Positions 1 to 12,754 are shown, counted from the first letter of the whole stretch. The stretch: 62,505 nucleotides of DNA, filler included, from Nemertoderma westbladi (GCA_032718475.1; 4 parts of 4 records of this genome joined end to end with filler, not necessarily neighbours in it), one strand, 5' to 3'. Numbers and translations are program-made. The notes: generated by a model not told the origin, from the sequence alone.

Positions 1-210
1 CTTTACTATTAATTGCTGTATTGTTTTACCTTTGTTCATTGTTCATTATCATTGCAAGGGGTAGGCCTATCTCTTTATATACAATTTCAACTTCATACCG
101 GTAGCAGCATTAATTATGGTCTGCTAGATTATAGAATTAGTGGATTTAGTACAAAATGGTTGATTGAGAGGATTTGTTGCTATAGAAACGGGATAATTAA
201 TCACTCGAAT

Positions 211-3200
211 ATGATATTCCAATATTTTCTCGCGATTTACTTTGTCGGTTCCCTGATACCCGGTAATCAAGGCGACCGTGACGTATTGTACGACACGTTC
301 AACCAACCCTCCAAACTCCAATGGACCGCGTACTCGTCGCCCCAGGACAAGGACAACGGGGCCAGATACGGCTGGGTGGAGGTCTCCAAGTACGACGAAT
401 CTGGTCGCTCAACCTCCCGCGCTTACCAGGTCTGCGACATCACCAACGACAAGAAGGACCACTGGGTTCGAACTCGCTACATATCCCGCGAGAAAGCCAC
501 CAACATAAAGATAAACATTATATTCTCTATGATGGATTGCAGCAGTTTGCAAGCGGAAGAGGTAAAATCCGCAGTTAATAAAGTCTGCAAGGAGACTTTC
601 GATCTCTACTACTTCGAGGCCAATCCCGGAGTAATCCCTTCCGTGGATCACCCAGGATTCAAAAAGATCGCCAAAGTAGCGGGTGAGGGATTCCACGAAG
701 GGAAAAACGCGATAAACAATAAAACCTTCGAGATTTCGGATTTAACTCAGCAGGGATTCTACTTGGCCTTCCACGATGAGGGCTCCTGTACCGGGATCCA
801 GCGGCTCTACGTTTACTACAACTTCTGTCCCGCGATGACGACCAATCTGGCCGAGTTCCCGCGGACCGCCACGGACACCGGCGGATACCAAGTGGTCACC
901 ATCGTGGAGGGCCGCTGCGTGAAGCGAGCAGCGTCCGACTCGCAGCGGGCCCCCGTGGCACACTGCACCTCCAAGGGGGATTGGTACGAGTTCCAGGGCG
1001 GTCTCGAGGGCTGCGAGTGCATCCAGGGCCACGAGCCGGGCGCGGACGGAACCACCTGCAACACCTGCCCCACCGGTTTCTACAAACCCTCGTACGGGAA
1101 CACCGCCTGTCTGCGTTGCCCGCCGCACTCTGAGTCGCTCAACCCCGGCTCCACCAGCTGTAAGTGTACCCCGGGGTTCTACCGCGGCGCGCGGGATTCC
1201 GTGCCCGACGCGTGCGCCAGCCCGCCCTCGGAACCGCGCAATCTCACCGCCTCGGTGCAGCGAACCGTAGTCCTCCTCGCGTGGGAGCCCCCGGTTAACG
1301 ACGGCGGTCGCGGCGACCTCTCCTACTACGTGGAGTGTCCGCTGTGCGACCACGGCGTCCTATGGGACCCCTCGCGTACGCGGATCCTCGGTACCAACGT
1401 CACCGTGACCCATCTAACCCCCGAGACTCGCTACACCTTCCGGGTCTTCTCCGAGAACGGAGTCTCTCAGTTCGCTAAATCCACCGAGACGTTGTTCAGC
1501 GCTATCTCGGTCTCCACCGGGGAGGCTGTCAGCATCGCCAACCTCTCCGTGACTAACTTCACATCGACGTCGGTATCTTTGCGATGGTCGGCGCCTAATT
1601 ATCCAGCGGAGGAGATCCTCGGTTACATCGTGAGGGTGTTCCATCGTGACCGCCACGACGGGTACCACAGCGACCTCTCTGTGAACACGACGCACGCGGT
1701 GGTCGGGGAACTGAACCCCGAGCACGAATACACCTTCCAGGTGGGCGTCGACATCCACGGCGGCTTCGGGAAGTTCTCGGATCCGGTCTCGGCGCCCCGC
1801 TCCGGCACCGGGGGCGCCTCCGAGTCGAACCATCGGCACGACGGCGTCGCCAACATCTTCACGGCCCACACCGGGATCATCATCGGGGTGAGCGCCTCCG
1901 TGGTCGTCCTCATCGTGGTCGTCTGCATCATCCTGGTGGCGGTGATCCGTAAGACCCGCGGGTACAAACACGTGGACTCGCTGGAGGGCTTCCGGGGGAC
2001 CGAGATGAAGCTCCCGGTGCGATCCGATCGGGTCTACGTGGATCCGCACACGTACGAGGACCTCGGACAGGCCGTTCGGGAGTTCGCGAAGGAGATCGAC
2101 GTCTCCTTGGTCGCGATACACAGCGTCATCGGAGGCGGCGAGTTCGGGGACGTCTGCAAGGGACTGCTGAAGACCAACGATAAGAACCAACAGTTGAAAG
2201 CCGTCGCGATAAAAACCTTAAAAACGGGATCCTCGGATAAGAATATTAAGGATTTCCTCGCGGAGGCTTCGATAATGGGGCAGTTCAACCACTGCAACGT
2301 CATCTACCTCGAGGGCGTCGTGACTAAGTCGCAGCCGGTTATGATAATCACCGAGTTTATGGAGAACGGCGCGTTGGATCAATTCCTGAGGGGCAACGAC
2401 GGTAAGTTAACGCCGATTCAGTTGGTCGGTATGCTCAGGGGCGTCGCCTGCGGGATGGAGTACCTCTCCGATATGGGCTACATCCATAGGGATTTAGCGG
2501 CGCGGAATATCATAGTGAGCGCGAGTTTGGTCTGCAAGGTGGCCGACTTCGGGTTGTCGCGGGTGCTGGACGGGTCCTCCGGGTGTCGGGAGTACACGAC
2601 GCACGGCGGGAAGGTACCGGTGCGGTGGACCGCCCCCGAGGCGATCGCCTTCAGGAAGTTCACCTCGGCGAGCGATGTGTGGAGTTACGGGATCGTGGGA
2701 TGGGAGGCCATGAGCTTCGGGGAGCGCCCCTACTGGGACTGGAGCAACCACGACGTTATCAAGGCGGTGGACGGGGGCTACAGGCTGCCGCCCCCCATGG
2801 ATTGCCCCGACGCGATCTACACGCTCATGGTGGAGTGTTGGCACCAGGAGCGGTCGAATCGCCCGCGGTTCGCGGACATCCGTCAACGACTCGATCGGAT
2901 CATACGGAATCCCGCGATGCTCAACTACGTGGCCCAGCGTCGCTTCGATAGCGTCTCCCGCGCGCAGGAGCCCGTGTCCTTCGACTGCGTCGTTCACATA
3001 GAGGATTTCCTGCGGGTTATTAAGATGGACCGCTACCTAGACGTGTTTGAGGAGGCCGGGTGCGTGAGTCTGGACGAACTGCGGGACCTGAACGTCCAGA
3101 AACTCGTCGATATGGGGATCACCCTGATAGGCCATCAGAAGAAGATACTGTCGAACATTCAGGCGCTTCGAGCTTATTTCGAGAACTTGGAACGGGAATC

Positions 3201-3216
3201 CGAGATAGAATGCTAA
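211..3216 (+). CDS. Eph: Eph receptor tyrosine kinase, about 1001 aa, single exon
   Basis: The ATG at 211 opens a signal peptide (MIFQYFLAIYFVGSLIPG); the track start at 13 is a TTG. Then: ephrin-binding domain (GWVEVS, YQVCD, WVRT, CKETFDLYY), Cys-rich region, two FN3 repeats, TM (IIIGVSASVVVLIVVVCIILVAVI), juxtamembrane YVDPHTYED, kinase (GGGEFGDV, VAIK, HRDLAARN, DFG, VRWTAPE), SAM domain, TAA at 3214-3216. Confidence 0.97.
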   Translation: MIFQYFLAIYFVGSLIPGNQGDRDVLYDTFNQPSKLQWTAYSSPQDKDNGARYGWVEVSKYDESGRSTSRAYQVCDITNDKKDHWVRTRYISREKATNIKINIIFSMMDCSSLQAEEVKSAVNKVCKETFDLYYFEANPGVIPSVDHPGFKKIAKVAGEGFHEGKNAINNKTFEISDLTQQGFYLAFHDEGSCTGIQRLYVYYNFCPAMTTNLAEFPRTATDTGGYQVVTIVEGRCVKRAASDSQRAPVAHCTSKGDWYEFQGGLEGCECIQGHEPGADGTTCNTCPTGFYKPSYGNTACLRCPPHSESLNPGSTSCKCTPGFYRGARDSVPDACASPPSEPRNLTASVQRTVVLLAWEPPVNDGGRGDLSYYVECPLCDHGVLWDPSRTRILGTNVTVTHLTPETRYTFRVFSENGVSQFAKSTETLFSAISVSTGEAVSIANLSVTNFTSTSVSLRWSAPNYPAEEILGYIVRVFHRDRHDGYHSDLSVNTTHAVVGELNPEHEYTFQVGVDIHGGFGKFSDPVSAPRSGTGGASESNHRHDGVANIFTAHTGIIIGVSASVVVLIVVVCIILVAVIRKTRGYKHVDSLEGFRGTEMKLPVRSDRVYVDPHTYEDLGQAVREFAKEIDVSLVAIHSVIGGGEFGDVCKGLLKTNDKNQQLKAVAIKTLKTGSSDKNIKDFLAEASIMGQFNHCNVIYLEGVVTKSQPVMIITEFMENGALDQFLRGNDGKLTPIQLVGMLRGVACGMEYLSDMGYIHRDLAARNIIVSASLVCKVADFGLSRVLDGSSGCREYTTHGGKVPVRWTAPEAIAFRKFTSASDVWSYGIVGWEAMSFGERPYWDWSNHDVIKAVDGGYRLPPPMDCPDAIYTLMVECWHQERSNRPRFADIRQRLDRIIRNPAMLNYVAQRRFDSVSRAQEPVSFDCVVHIEDFLRVIKMDRYLDVFEEAGCVSLDELRDLNVQKLVDMGITLIGHQKKILSNIQALRAYFENLERESEIEC

Positions 3217-4008
3217 TGTTAATAATGTTTCTAATTGAGTTCGGAAATGAAATACAGTAATATCTATATTTTATCGTTATTATTATTATAATAGTTATGA
3301 TTTTTGAGTATATTTAGCAACTTGAATAGTTTATGGAGAATCAGTTCGTTTCCTACGAATGTTTGATATTTTGCTGAGTTTTTTGCATGTTGAACTTTTT
3401 TTTCGTTGCGCTTATTAAATTGAATCTGCAATATATTTATTTCCCAGGGTTCTATTTGTGTGTGTTGTGTATAATATGGTTGGTGCAAGTTGTATTTGTG
3501 CTTTGTAATTAATTTAACCTGTAACTGAGGGATGTTTAGTAGTTGTAGCTCTACTGTAACATATCTAGTAAGTTAGCCAGTATTAGCAGTTGTTCTCATT
3601 TACGTGCAAATGTTATAGTTTTTAGCAGTTTAGCTAGTTTGTATTTGCGTTTATTTTTTCAACAGTTTCTCTGTTTAATGTTTCTAATATTTCCCAAATT
3701 TAAATAAATGACAATATTGTCGAATTATCATGTAGGAAGAGCGAAACGTGTGTTGGATTTCTGTATATAATAATGAATATTATATGTTTAGTTAAGTAAA
3801 ACGTTTTATATTCAAACGGAAAGTCACAGTATTTACGTTTCTACGCTGTGCAATATTAATAATCTTATTATTTAGTTATATTAGATATTATTAGTAGATA
3901 GTTTATAGAAATTAGTTACTAAAATTATCTTTTGGAGTTCCGAATTCTTTTAAACTAAAAATCTAAATATTTTATTCTCTTTATTATTTACTGTAGTTCT
4001 TCTCGTGT

Positions 4009-5996
4009 GAGTTACTATTCCGTATGAGTTACTATTCCGTATAAGTTACTATTCCGTATGAGTTACTATTCCGTATGAGTTACTATTCCGTATGAGTTAC
4101 TATTCCATATGAGTTACTATTCCGTATGAGTTACTATTCCGTATGAGTTACTATTCCGTATGAGTTACGATTCCGTATGAGTTACTATTCCGTATGAGTT
4201 ACTATTCCGTATGAGTTACTATTCCATATGAGTTACTATTCCGTATGAGTTACTATTCCGTATGAGTTACTATTCCGTATGAGTTACGATTCCGTATGAG
4301 TTACTATTCCGTATGGGTTACTATTCCGTATGAGTTACTATTCCGTATAAGTTACTATTCCGTATGAGTTACTATTCCGTATGAGTTACTATTCCATATG
4401 AGTTACTATTCCGTATGAGTTACTATTCCGTATGAGTTACTATTCCGTATGAGTTACTATTCCATATGAGTTACTATTCCGTATGAGTTACTATTCCGTA
4501 TGAGTTACTATTCCGTATGAGTTACGATTCCGTATGAGTTACTATTCCGTATGGGTTACTATTCCGTATGAGTTACTATTCCGTATAAGTTACTATTCCG
4601 TATGAGTTACTATTCCGTATGAGTTACTATTCCGTATGAGTTACTATTCCGTATGAGTTACTATTCCGTATGAGTTACTATTGCGTCTATTCCGTATGAG
4701 TTACTATTCCGTATGAGTTACTATTCCGTATGAGTTACTATTCCGTATGAGTTACTATTCCGTATGAGTTACTATTGCGTCTATTCCGTATGAGTTACTA
4801 TTCCGTATGAGTTACTATTCCGTATGAGTTACTATTCCGTATGAGTTACTATTCCGTATGAGTTACTATTCCGTATGAGTTACTATTCCGTATGAGTTAC
4901 TATTCCGTATGAGTTACTATTCCGTATGAGTTACTATTCCGTATGAGTTACTATTCCGTATGAGTTACTATTCCGTATGAGTTACTATTCCGTATGAGTT
5001 ACTATTCCATATGAGTTACTATTCCGTATGAGTTACTATTCCGTATGAGTTACTATTCCTTATGAGTTACTATTCCGTATGAGTTACTATTCCGTATGAG
5101 TTACTATTCCGTATGAGTTACTATTCCGTATGAGTTACTATTCCGTATGAGTTACTATTCCGTATGAGTTACTATTCCGTATGAGTTACTATTCCGTATG
5201 AGTTACTATTCCGTATGAGTTACTATTCCGTATGAGTTACTATTCCGTATGAGTTACTATTCCATATGAGTTACTATTCCGTATGAGTTACTATTCCGTA
5301 TGAGTTACTATTCCTTATGAGTTACTATTCCGTATGAGTTACTATTCCATATGAGTTACTATTCCGTATGAGTTACTATTCCATATGAGTTACTATTCCG
5401 TATGAGTTACTATTCCGTATGAGTTACTATTCCGTATGAGTTACTATTCCGTATGAGTTACTATTCCGTATGAGTTACTATTCCGTATAAGTTACTATTC
5501 CGTATGAGTTACTATTCCGTATGAGTTACTATTCCGTATGAGTCACTATTCCGTATGAGTTACTATTCCGTATGAGTTACTATTCCGTATGAGTTACTAT
5601 TCCGTATGAGTTACTATTCCGTATGAGTTACTATTCCATATGAGTTACTATTCCATAGGAGTTACTATTCCGTATGAGTTACTATTCCGTATGAGTTACT
5701 ATTCCGTATGAGTTACTATTCCGTATGAGTTACTATTCCGTATGAGTTACTATTCCGTATAAGTTACTATTCCGTATGAGTTACTATTCCGTATGAGTTA
5801 CTATTCCGTATGAGTCACTATTCCGTATGAGTTACTATTCCGTATGAGTTACTATTCCGTATGAGTTACTATTCCGTATGAGTTACTATTCCGTATGAGT
5901 TACTATTCCGTATGAGTTACTATTCCGTATGAGTTACTATTCCGTATGAGTTACTATTCCATATGAGTTACTATTCCGTATGAGTTACTATTCCGT
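4009..5996. repeat. 17-bp minisatellite (GAGTTACTATTCCGTAT)n, about 117 copies
   Basis: Head-to-tail, nearly homogeneous units with a few recurring variants and no spacers. Confidence 0.98.
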
Positions 5997-8900
5997 TTAT
6001 AACATTCCGTTTGTTTACTTTACTCATACCATGGCTTTATATCATGGGTTGTTGTGCTATTTTACTATATTATTATATATTTATATTTATACATCGGATG
6101 GATCGATCGACATTTTCGGAAGCCGTAATTCACGAGTTTTTATCTAAGTTATGAGTTTTTGCTGAGCAGTTTTTGTAGCAAAGCAACTTACATGTTTATC
6201 CGTTAAGCTTTTATGTTGAATTTATTAATTTATTTAAATCGTCGATTTTAGGTAACAAATATTATATGTAATGGAATTCTGTTGGATCGGGTTGACTTTA
6301 TGAAAAGGTTTCACAACGGTGTGCTAATAATGTTAAAGAGTAACTCATTGTTTTTCTTGTAAAATATTTTGTCATTTTTTTCCCTTTTTTTGAAGGAATC
6401 GCATAACTTTCTTTATATTTATTCACCTAACTAGTTTATCCCATCTATCTATCTGTCTACCCCGATATCCCCCAGATCCCAACCTTTTCTTTTTTAATAT
6501 TATGTTCAATCTGTGAAGAATTCATGTATTATTTATTTACTATGAAATTATTAGCGTTTTTTGCTGAATGTTGTATTTTGTTATTTGTGAATCAGGTGCC
6601 ATTTATTACGAAACCTTATTTTATAAGACGGATTTTTTGGCGAAGTTTAGAGTTTTGCCATTTTATCTAATTTATTAGGAACTAATTATCTTTAGTTTTA
6701 GTAACCGTGGTTACAAGTTATACAACACACGATCTTTAATCATTTTGTATTTCATTCTAAAAATTTAAAATTATATATTGACTTTTTATTATAACATAAT
6801 AACTTTATGGTGAACTATATAATACTTCAATTATTAATTATTATTGCATAAAGGATTTCATTTACTTTTGTTATATGATGGTATTGTCTCGCCTAGCATG
6901 TTATATCGGTTTCATTTATACATTGTTATTATTATTATTAATATTATTGTTTAATTATTATATTAAGTTGTTTTGTTAACAATATTTGTGATTTGCCCGA
7001 GTTGTGCTACTTGCGTGCATCTAAACCTGTCATTTACGTTTTTATGTGCGTTTCAATACCATTTAGGGCGGTATTTTTCGCTTGAATAAAGTCATAATTA
7101 ATTGCCAAATAACTAACCGTACCAAAAAGAGACACTCTGGGGTTTGTTTGTGTAGTGCAAATCGGTATTGTTAATTGTGCGAGTAATTGTTGCTGTTTTT
7201 CTCTCCATAAAGTCGTACATAATATGTTTAAATATTATTATTGCCAATCAACTTTGAGCCAGGTCGTTTGAAGTTTTCGGTTATATTTACGATGTCCGAT
7301 TAAATCGCTAAGCGACTGAGTTACTGATTTTATTAGAATTTACGCGGTCCGTGTTGAATCATATTAATTGTACATTAAAGTCGTGTTGTATCAATAAGTT
7401 ATTCATGTTTATCTCGCTGGTGGTGGCGCTAATCATTATTGGGCTAATGATGGCCCGTTGACAAGTTTCTGTCAAATCTCAGATGACAGATCCGTCATAT
7501 TTACCTTGCTAGTAGTGTGTGGGGGGGGGGGGGGGGGGGGGAAGGCAACTTACTGTAATCTAAGCAAATGTGGTTTATGATGTGGCCATTAAACTATAGA
7601 GTTTGTGTTCCCATTCCACGCCAGGCAATGTATTAACGTCTTAGTAGCATCTAATTGGCGTGTCCCAGTATGTTCCATCAACCGTCCATCATGATGATGT
7701 TGGAATAGTCTCTCTACGAGCCTCCTTACCGGCCCGAAGCATGATGTCCAGGCCTCCAGCGTGGGGCTAATGTACTAGCAAGAGCCTCCTGTTACCATTC
7801 TGACATTCCATTTTCCTATCCAGCGCCACAGATTAATTGCTTCTTGGTTTTGTATTGCATCGTTATCGTGTTACCGGCAACCCTATTCCCACTGCCCGGG
7901 ATCCCAAGAGTTCAACCGATAGATAAGTTGGTTGCCATGCTAAAAGGGAAACCTTCCAAGGTGTATTTAGCCTATTATGTCGCCATCTCCACTGCAGCTA
8001 ATGTATCGTTATTGAATTAGGGGCTATCGGATTCAATATCTTAGATTGGCATCGTGTGCTATCCTCAAATGTTTCATTTGTTACGAATAAATGACAATAT
8101 TAGGGAATGTTTCCAGTGTGAATCGAGCTTTTCCCGTTATCGCCCCCAATAGAAAGGACCTGTTGTTATTCTCTCATCTTAATATCTTCTTATAATTTAA
8201 AGATATTTTCTTCGATTACATTCGTATCTTCTCTCTCACATTACCATGTACTATCTCACACATGCATCCCCAATCATATGATTATTACTCGAAACTGATT
8301 CACCGCGTCGTACAGAATTTGATTACCATTCTTTGACCGAATATAATTTGAGAGAACACCTATATTATATTATGGAAAAATTTTCTCTCACTCGCTTTGT
8401 GAAATCTGAGAAGTTATATTTAATTTAACCATAAATCTGGACCATGCGCGCTTGCGCGGCGAGGGCAATTTGTTGATTCTCCATAAAATTTATTTTTTCT
8501 GCAAAATTCTTAACCTCACATTTATTACTGTAATCTATTTATGTATTCCACCTATTTCTGTAACCTGTTCTTTTCCTAACCCCATATTTGAACATGAATA
8601 TCGCTTTTTAAATAACTGAAAAACAAATCTGATTGTTTTGGTTTTAATAAATAAAAACATATCACTCTGAAATATGTCAAGACCTACTTGTACAACAACT
8701 CTGTTTAAACTACTAATAATATTCACAATATGTTATATTCATGTAATTATTGTCGTGAACGATTGCCTTTTACGGCTAAAAATAACATCATTTATTTTCT
8801 TTATAAAATTGGTTTGGCCACGATCGATTTTTGGTTTTGTAAGAAACGATTGATGTCAAATCTCGTTGCTTCGTATCCAATTATTGAACTCTAAGCCCAT

Positions 8901-10989
8901 TTTTGTCATCTAGATAAATAAATGATAGGGTGATAGATAGCTGCTGCATGGAATGCAATGGGTTGCCTTCACCGGGGTTTGGCTTGCCTCCTGTGGAGGG
9001 AACAATGACCAGCAAACCAACTCGGATCTGACATTCTCCCTCATGCTGCTGCCTCTAGTTTCATGGCATCTAGCCTGCATCCGTGCCCTCCTTGTTGTGG
9101 AATATATAGGGTAAGGGTTTCCTAGCGTTGCCTCGTCCATTGGTTGCGCAGAGTATAGAATGATAGCCAGGGCAGAGCAGCAGCTAGGCGGCACCAATGC
9201 ATCGGTGGTTGCTTGGATGAGCAAAGGGTTTCTTCTCCCATGGCGTTTGCCGGCAGGATATATTAATGAATAATCTCATCCTGACTGCCCATCGATCTGC
9301 CTCGCTCTAATCCTGGCCAACTTACCTTCGAGCTCTCTCCCAAAGGCATACCGCACGCTTCTCTCTGTATTCACCTCGTTGCTTTGTATATATAAATATA
9401 ATATTCAGTATACACATACATAAGTAATTATTCATTGTGTCCAGAGGGTAGAGAAATGGGATGGCGTAAATTCCATCGGGAATAGAGAGCTAGCTACCTC
9501 GAGCGAACTAGCTACTCTTATTGTTTACCGCTATAGAGGAGTTCTCTTCTCGCAATGACAACTTTGGGCGTTGTCTCGCATTACACGCGGGATTTGCCTT
9601 CATTGTTGATCGATCGCCTTAATATTCTTAAAATAATATGTCGATGCAAATAAAATACATCTTGATATAGGTTTATATTGATGTCCCACAGTAGTGCTTC
9701 AATTCTCCTGGTACTTTATTCGTTTGATGTTAGTCTTTTAATTAAAACGTATGTGGAGGGGAGCATGTCACGTTGCACGTTACCCGAGGATAACTTTGAT
9801 GCATTTAAGTTCTAATGTAGAGGCCGAGTTCTAGGTAGGAATAATGAATCGGGGGACAGAGGGATTTTAAATGGAATGCGACAGCAGGCGAAATCTAACC
9901 AAAAGTTAACCAAATCTGGTGTTTGAATTTGTTTACACACGAGTTTCGAGTGGTACAACCTTGCAAACCTGTAGTGTGCTCGCGTATTCTTGGTGAACTC
10001 TTTTGGTTGCTCGAGTTGTAGGGTAATATAAACCTCCTTACACCAACCCCGGGTTAGCATCCATTTTTTTAATATTCCACCAGGATTTGGTAGCAGCCGA
10101 TAATTATTAACGCAAATCGTTGTTCCTTTGATGACGCTAATCTCGTCTCGGCTATTCAAAACCGAGGCGCACCTGCGATCTCTCCGGCTGAAACTCTGGC
10201 CGCATCTGTGTGCGTAACATTGTATCTATTTAGACAACAGTTTGATTATAAATAAGTTCGCAGACACTACTTGCTTTTAATAACAACCATTTTGAACCTA
10301 TTTTCTTACACAAGGATGCTTGCTATCTCAGATCGTTACGCTTTTGCGTTCTTCATGGAAATGTCATGTCAGTCAAATGTCATTATTATTGCGTCGCCTC
10401 ATACATTCCGCAGATGAATACAACGTTTATTGTTTTGATAGATAGGTTTATTTTACTATTTATCCTGCCAATCTAGAAGCCTCATCCAGCCTCTCTCCTT
10501 AACATACGGCTACGATTTTATGACTATTAATTTGCAATTTTGAATATCCCATTATTTATTAATTGGAATGGGGCGTATTCGCATTAGTATGGTGATATCG
10601 CCGAGTCAATAAAGTAACCTAGTACAGTAATAGGATAGTGAATATACTTTATTTATAGCATAATCTGCATTTATATCTCCTATTCAATAATGCATTATAT
10701 CTTGACTGACTGATGTATACAACATCTGTTTGGGTAGGGCACCCGTCTAGTTTGATTACGCACACCCCTCATTTACCGCATTATAAGCGTTAATTGAATC
10801 TATACGTAGATAAGCGTCACGCTTGGACGGGCGCCTGGCTTTATGTAGTTTGAGATTAAATCACCGGGATCGAACTTGTGACTTCTTTATTGGAAGTCGA
10901 GCTCTCGCTCAAGGCTCAACTCGTCAAACTATATCTACACCATCAATATATACGTGTATAGTCAAACAATAACCAATATACAATATGAT

Positions 10990-12753
10990 TGAGTTAACAG
11001 CTCCGAAGCTGTTAACTGCACTTCGAACCACAAGGCATGCGGGCCCGATAGAATATATTACGAGCACGTGAAAGCATCACTTCCACTAATTCTCCACATA
11101 CTAGTGATCCTCTTCAACGCATGTTTGAACGTCGGAAAAATTCCAATAAGTTGGGCAATTAGTATAATTAAACTACTATATAAAGGAAAGGGAAGCAAAT
11201 CAGTCCCGGACAACTATCGAGGAATAGCTCTCATTAGTGTTTTTCTTAAAATCCTCACAAAGGTTATCAACAGACGAGTTATCGCACATATAGAAGGTCT
11301 ACTCCCAGCTATGCAGTTCGGGTTCCGACAGGGAAGGTCGACCATACACGCTATAAAGCTTCTACTATCGGATATATCTGCAACAATCAAAGCCCCGAGG
11401 TCACACAACTCACAGAGAACAATATTTGTCCTATTTATAGACTTCAGAAAAGCCTTTGATATGGTAAACAGAACTATTCTAGTGTATAAAATCTACAAAA
11501 ACTTTGGCATCAAAGGAAAAACACTCAATCTAATAAAGGCCCTCTTGAAAAACTCTGTGAAAGTCTTTGACGGTGTCAAATTTTCTAATGTAATTGTTCA
11601 ACTTCGGGGTATTTTGCAAGGGGATTCTTTGTCACCTACTTGCTTCCTGATGTTTATTGCGGACCTGGCACAAGTTCTTCAACAAATTGCTTCTACCATA
11701 AGATTCATATTTTTTGCTGACGACCTGGTTATATACTCGCTAAAGAACAGTGATATCCAAAACGCACTAAACGAACTCTACAAATGGTCCATTAAAAACT
11801 CGATGGAATTAAATATGGGGAAAACTAAAATAATTAAATTTAGGAAAGGCGGTCGAACATCCAGGGCAGATATATTCTACTACAACGGCGTCCAAGTACC
11901 GTTATGCAACGAATACGAGTACCTAGGGGTCACCCTACAACCATCGTTATCATTCTCACGACACATAAACCAGAAGAAAAGGAAAGCTTTCTCAGCAATA
12001 GGATGCCTAAAAGATCTTCACCATGTTTCTATTAACACTGGTCTAACTATCTTCCAAATGAAAATAGACCCTATGGTTAATTATGCCTTCACAGAGATCG
12101 CCAAATTCTTTACTCTCGCGAACCTTAAACAAATTGATATCATCAAATCAACTTATGTGAAACGTCTTCTTGGTTTGCCAAAAAATGCATCTTCCACCGT
12201 GGCCCTGAAAATGATTCCAACGAACACATACATAGAAGATTTGTCACTGCGTTATCCTTCAATGTTTGAACCTACTGTTCTAGAACAATATCGACTACAT
12301 CGCCAGACAAAAGAAAGCTTATTTGTTGCAGAAAATTATTCCGAAGGCCCTGCATTTACAACATCACAGTGGCGCTCTCCCGGCCAAAAGAATCGACACC
12401 TCATAACTCGAGTAACTGTCCATGGTTTCCATTGGAAAATATGCCGAAATAAAACCCCCTTTCACGAACTTGGGGATGCCTGCACCTGTATCTACTGCGG
12501 GGGTCCTGCTTCCAACCGGCTCCATGCTATTAGATGTGCGAGTTGCCCTCACCTATCCCTTCTAGGAAGCCTCTAGTTCTGTCTTCGGATTATTCCCTTT
12601 TAGTATTATTTTTACCTATTATATTTTAAATTATTTTAATTTCGTATTTTAAAGTACACTGTATAATACTAATAGTTAATTAAATAAAACATAACCTGTT
12701 ACCCCGCTCGGGGTGTTAATATCAAAAAAAAAATAAATAAATAAAAAAAAAAA
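10990..12753 (+). mobile_element. 5'-truncated non-LTR retrotransposon (LINE) with poly(A) tail
   Basis: RT frame open from about 11005 (EAVNCTSNHKACGPD). A-rich tail at 12724-12753. Candidate 8-bp TSD AATATGAT at 10982-10989 and 12752-12759. Confidence 0.9.
11068..12576 (+). CDS. LINE ORF2 reverse transcriptase, C-terminal part, uninterrupted
   Basis: NYRGIAL, QFGFR, FIDFRKAFD, QGDSLSP, FADD, YLG motifs and a C-terminal CCHC-like CIYC...H...C. The N-terminus is truncated, so the GTG start is not a real start. Confidence 0.9.
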   Translation: MKASLPLILHILVILFNACLNVGKIPISWAISIIKLLYKGKGSKSVPDNYRGIALISVFLKILTKVINRRVIAHIEGLLPAMQFGFRQGRSTIHAIKLLLSDISATIKAPRSHNSQRTIFVLFIDFRKAFDMVNRTILVYKIYKNFGIKGKTLNLIKALLKNSVKVFDGVKFSNVIVQLRGILQGDSLSPTCFLMFIADLAQVLQQIASTIRFIFFADDLVIYSLKNSDIQNALNELYKWSIKNSMELNMGKTKIIKFRKGGRTSRADIFYYNGVQVPLCNEYEYLGVTLQPSLSFSRHINQKKRKAFSAIGCLKDLHHVSINTGLTIFQMKIDPMVNYAFTEIAKFFTLANLKQIDIIKSTYVKRLLGLPKNASSTVALKMIPTNTYIEDLSLRYPSMFEPTVLEQYRLHRQTKESLFVAENYSEGPAFTTSQWRSPGQKNRHLITRVTVHGFHWKICRNKTPFHELGDACTCIYCGGPASNRLHAIRCASCPHLSLLGSL

Positions 12754-12754
12754 T

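Noticed and set aside
13-210. N-terminal 66 codons of the 1067-aa ORF
   Set aside because: Starts at TTG in AT-rich sequence; the signal peptide begins at ATG 211.
124-3260. Many overlapping alternative-frame and antisense ORFs within Eph (likewise within 26718-30800 and POU3)
   Set aside because: Expected shadows of GC-rich coding sequence; no recognisable motifs.
4009-5996. CRISPR array or telomeric repeat
   Set aside because: No unique spacers, no cas genes, eukaryotic context, internal position and not a TTAGG-type unit.
11068-12576. Bacterial RT system (retron, group II intron, DGR)
   Set aside because: The motifs, poly(A) tail and TSD are those of eukaryotic LINEs.
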